Shown here: piece by piece, positions 33,625-40,115 of the stretch
Position numbering within the stretch: position 1 is the stretch's first letter
Layout of the letters: each line of letters begins with the position of its first letter
IMG/VR virus record: IMGVR_UViG_3300029478_000007
Reading direction: 5' to 3' (one strand)
DNA length: 40,115 nt
Source: a virus
The notes under the pieces: generated by a model
Told to the model about the DNA's origin: nothing
Databases searched by the model: none
Seen by the model: the letters and a program-made list of their open reading frames with translations, nothing else
Program-made: the position numbers and the translations under genes

Positions 33625-34180
33625 GTTTCCCTCCACGTTCTTTTCGGATCGCATAGAAAGTAATTGCCGAAGCCAGCGCTGAACCTACGATCAGGGCAAT
33701 GCAAACCCATGCAGCTACGGACAAATCTCCATCGCGAATGAGGCCTGCGCTCCGACTCTGCGCATCCGTCACAAGGCAGGCAATCAGAGAAAAGGAGAGC
33801 AGCATACAAAACAGGGCGAGGACGTAACACATTGTATGTGTAGACTTTATCTGCGCGCTTTGCGCGGCCGCTGTTGCCTCCAGTTTGGCGTTTTCAAGCT
33901 CGACATGATGGATCTGCTTGGTCAGCTTTTCCGGGCTTCCGACGGGATTTTCAAGGCCGAACAGCTCGTCGAGTGACAACCCGAGCGTTTTGCATAGCGC
34001 AGCCGAGTTGTAAAGCCGTGGATCCGCTTGTGTTCCAGCGTATAATCGGCTTACGGCAGAGAAGGAAACGCCGGACTCGTTCGACAGCTCCTCCAACGTC
34101 ATCCCGCTTGCATCTTTTGCCCTTCTGATCTTCCCCTGATACGCGCCGATAAACGGAGCGAGATCCTGTATTGCGGACAT
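33605..34180 (-). CDS. Membrane-anchored XRE-family HTH regulator
   Basis: The N-terminal HTH is MTLEELSNESGVSFSAVSRLYAG. A coiled coil follows, then two hydrophobic segments, CYVLALFCMLLSFSLIACLV and AAWVCIALIVGSALASAITFYAI. Confidence 0.75.
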   Translation of the reverse strand: MSAIQDLAPFIGAYQGKIRRAKDASGMTLEELSNESGVSFSAVSRLYAGTQADPRLYNSAALCKTLGLSLDELFGLENPVGSPEKLTKQIHHVELENAKLEATAAAQSAQIKSTHTMCYVLALFCMLLSFSLIACLVTDAQSRSAGLIRDGDLSVAAWVCIALIVGSALASAITFYAIRKERGGKHGVHQV

Positions 34181-34476
34181 GATTACGCCTCCATTCGTAA
34201 GTTTCAGTTTTATTTCTTACATTTTCCATATAAAAATGCAAAACATGTGACAAGAACGCAGGATTCGCCCTTTTCTTACAAGCATTATCTGGTACAATAA
34301 AAACGTAGCAGATAGTTCCTGAATCCGGCATCTGCTGAAACGGCCCCACCGTATGTTCCAGATACGATGGGGCCGGTCAAACCGAATATTATATCAAATC
34401 ATCAGTCCCATAAACTGTACACCATCGGATTCCTGATTCCCAAAAATAACGCGGTCTGTTTGTTTATAATACCATG

Positions 34477-34504
34477 TTGATTTTTAGAACAATCGTTCTA
34501 TAAT
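34477..34504 (+). promoter_or_regulatory. SigmaA-type promoter TTGATT-16-TATAAT with an AGAAC-AATC-GTTCT inverted repeat in the spacer
   Basis: Read directly. It lies 20 nt upstream of the ATG at 34525. Confidence 0.5.
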
Positions 34505-34524
34505 AAATGACAGGAGGAAAAAAT

Positions 34525-34707
34525 ATGGAGTGCATCAACATCCGGGTAAACAATGGGCGGGTCGACGTGACGGTCGACGGCGCGAAGCTGACAGACGTGC
34601 ACAGCGTCAGCGTGGACTACATCAAGGGTATTCCGCTCCTGTTTGCCTGCGTCGCGGACGTAGGCAGGGAGCAGGACGAGCGGCGGGAACCGAGAATCCT
34701 GCACTGA
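34525..34707 (+). CDS. Small hypothetical protein (60 aa)
   Basis: The ATG at 34525 follows AGGAGG (34513-34518). Confidence 0.5.
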   Translation: MECINIRVNNGRVDVTVDGAKLTDVHSVSVDYIKGIPLLFACVADVGREQDERREPRILH

Positions 34708-34709
34708 AT

Positions 34710-35555
34710 TTATTGTGCGTCCCTCGAGTTCGCTTCCTCCAGCACATTGCCGGTCTGGTCTACAAACTGCACACGCACGTTGTCGACCGGAGTTCCGTTG
34801 AATGCGTTGTACATACCGCCGTACATATAAAATGCCAGTGTAAGGAGTGAGTCCTGAAGTCCAACCACATCAGTAGAAAGCGTTACAGTAAAGGACGTGT
34901 AATCGCTGGACGCTTCGGCGGAAATGACGTTTGGGTAGTCAGAGGAACCGGCCATGTCCGCAAGCTGGGCGTCAATGTTCTGCACCAGCTCCTGCATAAG
35001 CTCTTTGTGCCGTGCCGCCGTCATAACGTAGGTCGCGGAGCCGTCAGGATTCAGTTCTATAGACAGAAGCCCGTCTGTTTCCTTTACCTTTTCGTCCAAT
35101 GCCTGCTGCGTCGCATCTTCGCCGATAAAGTCGGCTGGGATCGTGAGCTTGATCTTATTGCCCCATGTTTTTTCAGCCGTTATCGGTGTGGTTGCCGTTT
35201 CCTCGGTCTGTGCGTCGTCTTCCGTCTTTGCCGACTCCGATGCGGAGATTGTATCCGGCTCCTGCCTCTTGATCGGATCGGCTGGTTTCTTCGCGGGCTT
35301 TGATGCGATAAGGACAACTGCCAGCACAACGGCAGCGAACGGAACAGAAAGAATCGCGATTTTTTGAACCGAAATCATCTTTTTGTTTCTTGCGCCGCAT
35401 TCCGGACAGACGCGGGCGCTTGCATTGATTTGCGTTCCGCAGGAGCGGCAGATCATCTTCCGGTTCGGCGTGTCACAGTGCGGGCAGAACTTCTCCCGTT
35501 CCGGGAACTCTGCCCCGCATCTTGGGCACTGCACAATATATTCATTTTTAGTCAT
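34710..35555 (-). CDS. Double zinc-ribbon, single-pass membrane protein with an extracytoplasmic domain
   Basis: CPRCGAEF...CPHCDTP and CRSCGTQ...CPECGARN, with TM segment IAILSVPFAAVVLAVVLIA. The ATG at 35555 follows AAGGAG. Confidence 0.75.
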   Translation of the reverse strand: MTKNEYIVQCPRCGAEFPEREKFCPHCDTPNRKMICRSCGTQINASARVCPECGARNKKMISVQKIAILSVPFAAVVLAVVLIASKPAKKPADPIKRQEPDTISASESAKTEDDAQTEETATTPITAEKTWGNKIKLTIPADFIGEDATQQALDEKVKETDGLLSIELNPDGSATYVMTAARHKELMQELVQNIDAQLADMAGSSDYPNVISAEASSDYTSFTVTLSTDVVGLQDSLLTLAFYMYGGMYNAFNGTPVDNVRVQFVDQTGNVLEEANSRDAQ

Positions 35556-35749
35556 CAATGCGGCACTCCTTATATGGTTTGTAAACAATTACATATTACC
35601 ACTTAGAACCAGCAACCGCAATGTAGAAGCTGCACAAAAATAAACGTCGGAATTTGGAAGAACGGAGATAGGAACTGAAATGAACGAAAAAGAAGCCGCG
35701 ACAATCAAGGAATTGGTGGAAACTATATCAAGATTCACGCCCGAAAAAC

Positions 35750-36163
35750 TCAATCTTTTTCTATCTGCTTCGCAAGATTTAATAGAGCGGATGCAAGCTC
35801 GGGACGATTCATGCAAATCCGAATAATCTGCTGGATATCCTCCGGCAAGTCACGAATAAGCGCTTCGCCATCGGCGGGGCGCTCTTTTTTTATGCCCTTT
35901 TCGCGTTCTTGCTCCAGCAGCCCGCGCACAAGCTCAATGTCGGCCTGCTCCGTCAGAATCTCCTCCGGCGTGGTTTGCAGCATGGCGCACATACGGGCAG
36001 CTTCTTCGGGGGAGGGAAAGTTCTTCGCACGCTTCCATTCCGTAATCCACCCGCGAGATTTTTTCATAACTGTTTCGGAAAAGTATGCTTTGCTCCATCC
36101 TTTCCCCTCTACGAGAGAATTTACTTCTTCAATATTTGGCGTGACAACAAGACGTTTAGACAT
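35750..36163 (-). CDS. HTH (XRE-like) repressor candidate
   Basis: GWSKAYFSETVMKKSRGWITEWKRAKNFPSPEEAARMCAML. Its SD lies inside the last codons of the upstream gene. Confidence 0.65.
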   Translation of the reverse strand: MSKRLVVTPNIEEVNSLVEGKGWSKAYFSETVMKKSRGWITEWKRAKNFPSPEEAARMCAMLQTTPEEILTEQADIELVRGLLEQEREKGIKKERPADGEALIRDLPEDIQQIIRICMNRPELASALLNLAKQIEKD

Positions 36164-36167
36164 TTTG

Positions 36168-36782
36168 CTACCCCTTATATTCGATTAGATATGTACGCCC
36201 ATGCTTAGTGCGCGTTATTGTCCCGTCTTTAGCCATGAAGTACAAAATTGTTGATATGTCGTTTTGAACGACAGGATCAAAGCGTTTATACAAATCCGTT
36301 TGAATAATAGAATGGCTTTCCGAAAGAACGCTCTCAATTTTTGACTTTAAATTGTTGGTTTGTGAAATATATAAAGATTCTTTTGCGGATAATTGGTCTT
36401 TGTTTTTAAGCAACTCTTTTAACTCGCATTCAAAGCGATCAACATAACAAAAATCTGCATCTTTTGAATTGTGAGCGTGTTCCCACATCTCAGAAAAATA
36501 AGTTTGGTATTCTGGACCAAGAGAATAGCATTTCGATTTAAGACTGTAAAATGCATCAATAAGCTTTTGCAATGTTTCAATTCTCTCGTTCAGTAGAAGC
36601 TTTGCATTCAACGAAACGGCGCAATTTGCCATATAACTTTCTATTGGACGGATTTCTTTTTCAATCATCATGTATTGCTCTAACATATCCGATTGGCTTT
36701 TGCTGGGGCTGTTTATGGTGGGGCGCTTGTCTTTGGATGAAGCTTGGCGCATGACGCTTTTTTGCTTTTTTAGAAACCACAT
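36168..36782 (-). CDS. Low-GC hypothetical protein (204 aa from the ATG at 36782; 225 aa if 36845) with a C-terminal winged-helix-like segment
   Basis: The ATG at 36782 follows GAGG. Composition is clearly AT-rich relative to the rest of the genome. Confidence 0.65.
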   Translation of the reverse strand: MWFLKKQKSVMRQASSKDKRPTINSPSKSQSDMLEQYMMIEKEIRPIESYMANCAVSLNAKLLLNERIETLQKLIDAFYSLKSKCYSLGPEYQTYFSEMWEHAHNSKDADFCYVDRFECELKELLKNKDQLSAKESLYISQTNNLKSKIESVLSESHSIIQTDLYKRFDPVVQNDISTILYFMAKDGTITRTKHGRTYLIEYKG

Positions 36783-36859
36783 AAAAACCTCACAAAAAAA
36801 GTCAATCCAATTTGTACAACATTTCATCGTAAGTATTGTTGACATACGACATAACGTTG

Positions 36860-36888
36860 TATATAATATGCTTACAGAGCTTAATCAA
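36860..36888 (-). promoter_or_regulatory. Minus-strand promoter TTGATT-17-TATATA in front of the low-GC gene
   Basis: The -35 is the reverse complement of 36883-36888 and the -10 is the reverse complement of 36860-36865. Confidence 0.5.
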
Positions 36889-37021
36889 GGCAACAAAAAA
36901 CCAAGCCCCATCCGAATCTTCGTTTTGCGGGCGTATGGACAATATTTTGTTGGCTGACACTTACATAATAACGGCTATACATGGTTTTGTCAAGATAAAG
37001 CTCTTAATTTGGCTGCGGCGT

Positions 37022-37055
37022 AAAGAAAAGCCGCCCGTGGTTCGTTCACGAGCGG
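37022..37055 (-). terminator. Minus-strand intrinsic terminator (9-bp stem including one G-U pair, loop AACGAAC, then C-UUUUCUUU)
   Basis: The minus strand reads cCCGCTCGTG-AACGAAC-CACGGGCGG-C-TTTTCTTT. Confidence 0.65.
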
Positions 37056-37322
37056 GTTTCCCCAGAGTTGTTTGCCAGAACGCGCTGCACGGGATGGTCG
37101 TCTGCATTACTTCGCATCCGTCCGAATTGGTAGAGTTCGTTCCACCGGCTCGGCAATGCTATCCTGACACAAAACGAACTTACGCTTCTATGACGCACCG
37201 CTCATTTTGGCAGTTCTGGCGCTGCCCCTTGCCCTAACGCATCACGCCGTTTCTTTGGTCTGGAACTGGCAAGTTCAAAAGTTTGGTCGTGACAACCACC
37301 TCCTGAATTTACCTAAAAGGGC
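37022..37322 (-). ncRNA. Candidate non-coding transcript or long leader of about 300 nt in the lysis-lysogeny switch region
   Basis: It is bounded by a near-consensus minus-strand promoter (37330-37359) and the terminator at 37022-37055. No minus-strand ORF of 60 aa or more is present. GC is normal and several stems are visible. Confidence 0.4.
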
Positions 37323-37329
37323 TAAGGAC

Positions 37330-37359
37330 AGTATAGCGCGTCTGGGGCGCTGCGGTCAA
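37330..37359 (-). promoter_or_regulatory. Minus-strand promoter TTGACC-18-TATACT, back-to-back with the cro-like gene
   Basis: The -35 is the reverse complement of 37354-37359 and the -10 is the reverse complement of 37330-37335. A weaker + strand TTTACC-18-TATAGC overlaps it. Confidence 0.55.
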
Positions 37360-37392
37360 CAAAACTTAATTAAGGAATGGAGGAATGAGCGC

Positions 37393-37602
37393 TTGACATT
37401 GAAAGAGCTTCGGGCGCGGGCCGGGCTTCTGCAAAAAGATGTTGCAAGGCGAGCTGATGTCTCGATCATCGCCGTCTCGAATTGGGAGCTCGGTAAAAAC
37501 GGAATCGCCCGGAAGTACAAGAAAAAGCTCGTCCGTCTCTACGGCTGCACGCCGCAGGAGCTGGACGAGGCAATTGAGGAAAGCAGAAAGGAGGAAAAAT
37601 GA
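37393..37602 (+). CDS. Cro-like XRE HTH protein (69 aa, TTG start)
   Basis: LKELRARAGLLQKDVARRADVSIIAVSNWELG. The TTG at 37393 lies 9 nt after GGAGG. The ORF-track start at 37207 was rejected. Confidence 0.65.
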   Translation: MTLKELRARAGLLQKDVARRADVSIIAVSNWELGKNGIARKYKKKLVRLYGCTPQELDEAIEESRKEEK

Positions 37603-37799
37603 CGCTGGACGATATCCGGGCAATGTCGAAGCCAACGATCCTAGCAAGCGAAGCGGCGCAGGTGCTCGGCTGTGACCCGCAATGGCTTCGCTTGATGGCG
37701 CGGGAACGGCCTGAAAAGCTGGGCTTCCCGGTCTGCTGCACAAGCAAGCACAGAGTGAAGATCCCGAGAGAGCCGTTTTTGCGGTTTCTCGGAGCATGA
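37599..37799 (+). CDS. Excisionase-type / MerR-like HTH protein
   Basis: ILASEAAQVLGCDPQWLRLMARE...VKIPREPFLRFL. ATGA overlap with the cro-like gene. Confidence 0.55.
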   Translation: MTLDDIRAMSKPTILASEAAQVLGCDPQWLRLMARERPEKLGFPVCCTSKHRVKIPREPFLRFLGA

Positions 37800-37809
37800 G
37801 GAGGAACAA

Positions 37810-38397
37810 ATGAAGGTCAGATTAACATTTTTGGAGCCGGTTCTTGGCACATGGCCGAGCAACGAGAACATTGCGCGTGACTTTATCGCAAGCAAGGCCC
37901 CGGACGCAAGCACGATCGAGGATGAGATCGCAGCGCTCGGCGCGGACGCTGTCGCCGAAAAGGGAAAAACCGTTTTCCCGCGTACCGACGGACAGCCGAT
38001 TCTGTACGATTATCAGGTCAAAGGTTTTTTCAAAGACGCCTGCGGTATGCTGGCGCGCGTGAAAGCCAAGAAATCCAGTGCCCTGAAAGCCTATAAAAAG
38101 ATCATCGACGGCCTGATCTTTGTAGAGCCGCGCATGATTCCCATTGAGGTCAACGGCGAGATCGGCGAATGCCAGAGGCCGCTTCGCGCACAGACCGCAC
38201 AGGGCGAGCGCGTCAGCCTTGCGAACTCCGAGGAGATCCCGGCAGGCAGCTCCATCGAGCTTGATATCGTGATGCTCGATGAAAAGGCACACAAAGAGGC
38301 AGTGCTGGAATGGCTGGAGTATGGCCGCCTGCGCGGCATCGGCCAGTGGCGGAACTCCGGCAAGGGCAGATTTACCTACGAGGTTCTGGCGGATTAA
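37810..38397 (+). CDS. Hypothetical early protein (195 aa) with a C-terminal glycine-rich loop GIGQWRNSGKGRF
   Basis: Clean ORF with AGGAGGA upstream. No family was recognised with certainty. Confidence 0.6.
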   Translation: MKVRLTFLEPVLGTWPSNENIARDFIASKAPDASTIEDEIAALGADAVAEKGKTVFPRTDGQPILYDYQVKGFFKDACGMLARVKAKKSSALKAYKKIIDGLIFVEPRMIPIEVNGEIGECQRPLRAQTAQGERVSLANSEEIPAGSSIELDIVMLDEKAHKEAVLEWLEYGRLRGIGQWRNSGKGRFTYEVLAD

Positions 38398-38725
38398 GTG
38401 CAAGGGCTTGGCGAGGCATGGAATCGCTCCGCGAGGGAAAAGCATAGAGGCGCTCAGGAACACAATGAACTGCAATGGCATGGCAAAGCTCAGCTCGGCT
38501 TAGCAATGGAATGGCATAGCAGGGCAAAGACTGGCAACGCAGGGGCATGGCAAAGCAACGGAATGTGACGCAACGACAGGCAACAGCATGGCAAATCATC
38601 GAAGGCTATGCGCAGCTACGGCACAGCAACGAATGCAAAGCAAGGGAAGAGCGAAGCAAAGCATCGCTTCGCAGCGGCAACGAATTGCGAAGCAACGAAC
38701 AGAAATCGAAAAAGGAGAGGATAGC
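38398..38725 (+). repeat. T-depleted, GCA-rich tract with degenerate iterons (ATGGCAWAGC and GCAACGA words)
   Basis: Only 16 T in 38521-38700 (hand count). gcaatggcatggcaaagc (38472-38489) and gcaatggaatggcatagc (38503-38520) lie 31 nt apart. Further ATGGCAAAKC copies are at 38547 and 38588, and there are about six GCAACG words. Confidence 0.75.
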
Positions 38726-38950
38726 ATGAGAACAAACCTTGTCGTGGAAACGATCGAGGAGCGCCGGGAACGGCTGCGGGAGGAATTGGACGCCCGCAAG
38801 GCGACACTGCGGATCGTCAAGGGCCTGTGCCTTTGGGTGAGCGGCGCGGCGATGATCCTGTCGGCGGTGGCCGGGATGGCGGAAATGACGTATGAATGCG
38901 CTCTGACCGGTCTGGTCGCACTCGTCGCGTTGCTGTACGGGCTGGCATGA
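38726..38950 (+). CDS. Small membrane protein (74 aa)
   Basis: The ATG at 38726 follows AAAGGAGAGG. Charged helix followed by hydrophobic segments. Confidence 0.6.
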   Translation: MRTNLVVETIEERRERLREELDARKATLRIVKGLCLWVSGAAMILSAVAGMAEMTYECALTGLVALVALLYGLA

Positions 38951-39120
38951 CGGAAGCGGATCTGTTGAAGACTCCCTGCGAGATATGCAGAGAGCGCGGG
39001 CTATGGCGCTCCGGCTGCACCACAGACGGCCGATTCTCCTGCGGCATCTATTGGGAGATCCTGTTTGAGCAATGGGACGCGACCTGCCGGCTCATCCGGG
39101 AGCGCACGAAAAAGAAATGA
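38947..39120 (+). CDS. Small Cys-containing protein (57 aa)
   Basis: ATG at 38947 with an ATGA overlap to the upstream stop. Confidence 0.5.
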   Translation: MTEADLLKTPCEICRERGLWRSGCTTDGRFSCGIYWEILFEQWDATCRLIRERTKKK

Positions 39121-39195
39121 CCCCTGCCGCGCGGCAACGCGACAGAGGCCGAAAGGAAACTTAAGACGCCTTTATTATAGGGCAGAAAGGAACCT

Positions 39196-39537
39196 ATGTC
39201 AAGTTTAACGGATTCCCGCGTCCGGCATGGTGCGAAAGCCTGCGTCGCCGCGGTACGGGCTGACTACCCGAAGTTCAACAAATGCCTGCTTTCTCAGTGC
39301 GAAGCGCCGGAGAAATACGGCGTGCAGCTTGTTCCGGAGGCAGCCGCGGCGATCAAGGCGCTGGACGCGCCCAAGAACCGCGCAGATCGCCGGAAGAAGA
39401 CGAACCGGTATTACTTCCGCTTGACGGACGAGCAGGCCAAGAAGCTAGACAGGCTGCTGAAAAAGCTCGGCTATTCAACGGTTCAGAGCTTCTGTGAAGC
39501 GCTGATCCGCCAGGAGGTGAGCCGGAATGGCGTATGA
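39196..39537 (+). CDS. Hypothetical protein with a C-terminal ribbon-helix-helix-like segment
   Basis: YYFRLTDEQAKKLDRLLKKLGYSTVQSFCEALIRQEV. Confidence 0.55.
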   Translation: MSSLTDSRVRHGAKACVAAVRADYPKFNKCLLSQCEAPEKYGVQLVPEAAAAIKALDAPKNRADRRKKTNRYYFRLTDEQAKKLDRLLKKLGYSTVQSFCEALIRQEVSRNGV

Positions 39538-39673
39538 CGGCGAAAACCTGTACTTGAGCATTCCAGAGCCGGAGTACGAGCCGGACGAGCTGGAGGATGA
39601 AGACCGTTATTTGTTCCCGCCGCTGTGGCTGGTGGGAAAGATGAAACAGGAGGATCAACATGAAAGTTTATAA
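39527..39673 (+). CDS. Small acidic protein (48 aa)
   Basis: Hand-read ORF, ATG at 39527 after GGAGGTGA. It overlaps both neighbours. Confidence 0.3.
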   Translation: MAYDGENLYLSIPEPEYEPDELEDEDRYLFPPLWLVGKMKQEDQHESL

Positions 39674-40115
39674 AGGCACGAATAAGGATATGAAGTGCCG
39701 CGGGTTTCAATACAAACTCGGCGAAACCGCCGTTTTTGATGGAGGGCCGCATCTTTGCAAGGCTGGCCTGCACGCGTGCGAACAACCGATTGATGTGCTG
39801 AACCACTACACACCGAATGAAAGCCGGTACTTTGAGGCAGAGGCAGAAGAGGTATCTGCCGAACGTGAATCATCGGATAGCAAGATTGTTGCGAAGAAAA
39901 TGACACTGAAAGCCGAGATTGGCGTTCCTGGCCTTGTGAAAGCGCAGATCGAATATGTCAAGAGCCAAATCGGATTTGACGACGCGATCAAGCGCGCAAA
40001 CGCCGAAAAAGAGAATCATGCCACAGGCGATTGGGGTGCAGCCTCCGCCACAGGCTATCGGGGCGCAGCCTCCGCCACAGGCGATTGGGGTGCAGCCTCC
40101 GCCACAGGCGATTGG
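39660..40115 (+). CDS. N-terminal part of the nonapeptide-repeat protein (continues at 1..470)
   Basis: MKVYKGTNKDMKCRGFQYKLGETAVFDGGPHLCKAGLHACEQPIDVLNHYTPNESRYFEAEAEEV... The frame runs open into the repeat at the contig end. Confidence 0.8.
   Translation, partial: MKVYKGTNKDMKCRGFQYKLGETAVFDGGPHLCKAGLHACEQPIDVLNHYTPNESRYFEAEAEEVSAERESSDSKIVAKKMTLKAEIGVPGLVKAQIEYVKSQIGFDDAIKRANAEKENHATGDWGAASATGYRGAASATGDWGAASATGDW
40035..40115 (+). repeat. Three more units of the same 27-bp repeat at the right end of the contig
   Basis: Units at 40035, 40062 and 40089, in the same frame as the ORF starting at 39660. The last unit duplicates unit 1 at the left end. Confidence 0.95.

Larger units (their letters stand above)
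1..40115. mobile_element. Complete circularly permuted temperate phage genome (siphovirus-type module order), attP form rather than an integrated prophage
   Basis: Positions 1-29 equal 40087-40115. One ORF continues in frame across the junction. Lysogeny, early, packaging, head, tail and lysis modules are all present. The integrase lies next to a partial tRNA (attP core). Confidence 0.85.

Noticed and set aside
34341-34375. 13/14-bp hairpin (cggccccaccgtat / atacgatggggccg) in the 34181-34510 divergent intergenic region, considered as a terminator
   Set aside because: No U-tract follows on either strand, and it sits between two divergent promoter regions. It may be an operator or structural element, but the evidence is insufficient to call it.
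35680-35826. 48-aa + strand ORF (MNEKEAATIKELVETISRF...) in the gap after the zinc-ribbon gene
   Set aside because: It overlaps the 3' end of the minus-strand HTH gene (35750..36163), has only a weak and distant GGAG, and mirrors the helical C-terminus of that gene. It cannot be fully excluded.
37100-37190. tRNA-like or T-box-like words (tccgaattggtagag; ggtggaacgaac on the minus strand)
   Set aside because: No complete cloverleaf can be drawn. The T-box-like word lies about 85 nt from the terminator instead of adjacent to it. It is kept only as part of the generic ncRNA candidate.
36836-37392. + strand ORFs 36836..37237 and the 5' part of 37207..37602 across the switch region
   Set aside because: The translations are not protein-like and there is no SD. 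The HTH domain of the cro-like protein begins only at the TTG at 37393, which is preceded by GGAGG.
38279-38820. Multiple overlapping ORFs on both strands in the GCA-rich tract (38279..38503, 38372..38599 minus, 38547..38729, the 5' part of 38588..38950, 38596..38820 minus, 38616..38807 minus)
   Set aside because: The tract is nearly T-free on one strand, so stop codons are absent in all frames. The repeated peptide words simply mirror the DNA iterons. ORF 38547..38729 does end in an ATGA overlap with the next gene but has no usable SD, so it was left unannotated.
1-40115. Diversity-generating retroelement, retron or CRISPR-Cas explanation for the repeats and fibre paralogues
   Set aside because: No reverse transcriptase or cas-like ORF is recognisable anywhere in the window, and no template/variable repeat pair with A-specific mismatches was seen.

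Overview
The window reads as one complete, circularly permuted genome of about 40.1 kb from a temperate siphovirus-like phage. Composition is high-GC Firmicutes (Clostridia type). Positions 1-29 are identical to 40087-40115, and a single gene (39660..40115 joined to 1..470) spans the junction in frame through a 27-bp coding tandem repeat. Gene order around the circle is as follows. (1) An early/recombination region on the + strand: Cro-like HTH, Xis-like HTH, YqaJ exonuclease, RecT, SSB, a PAPS-reductase-like PP-loop enzyme, ASCH, an AAA+ ATPase, a RuvC-like resolvase and an ArpU/RinA-like late regulator. (2) A packaging, head, tail and lysis region: TerS, TerL, portal, gp7-like protein, scaffold, major capsid, connectors, major tail, a chaperone pair with a visible -1 frameshift site, tape measure, fibres, holins and endolysin. 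(3) A nine-gene cargo block (28424-32206) of low-complexity, Cys-rich and jelly-roll-like proteins. (4) An attP built on a 3' fragment of tRNA-Ser(GCU) with TGTAGCATAC arm repeats. (5) A minus-strand lysogeny module: tyrosine integrase, a membrane-anchored XRE regulator, a zinc-ribbon membrane protein, an HTH repressor and a low-GC inserted gene. The best candidates for something undescribed are the post-lysis cargo block, the low-GC gene fused onto the repressor operon, a promoter-to-terminator unit of about 300 nt with no ORF in the switch region, a T-depleted GCA-rich iteron-like tract, and a conserved motif-plus-terminator element at both late-operon boundaries. All family names come from reading the translations by eye; no database search was possible.
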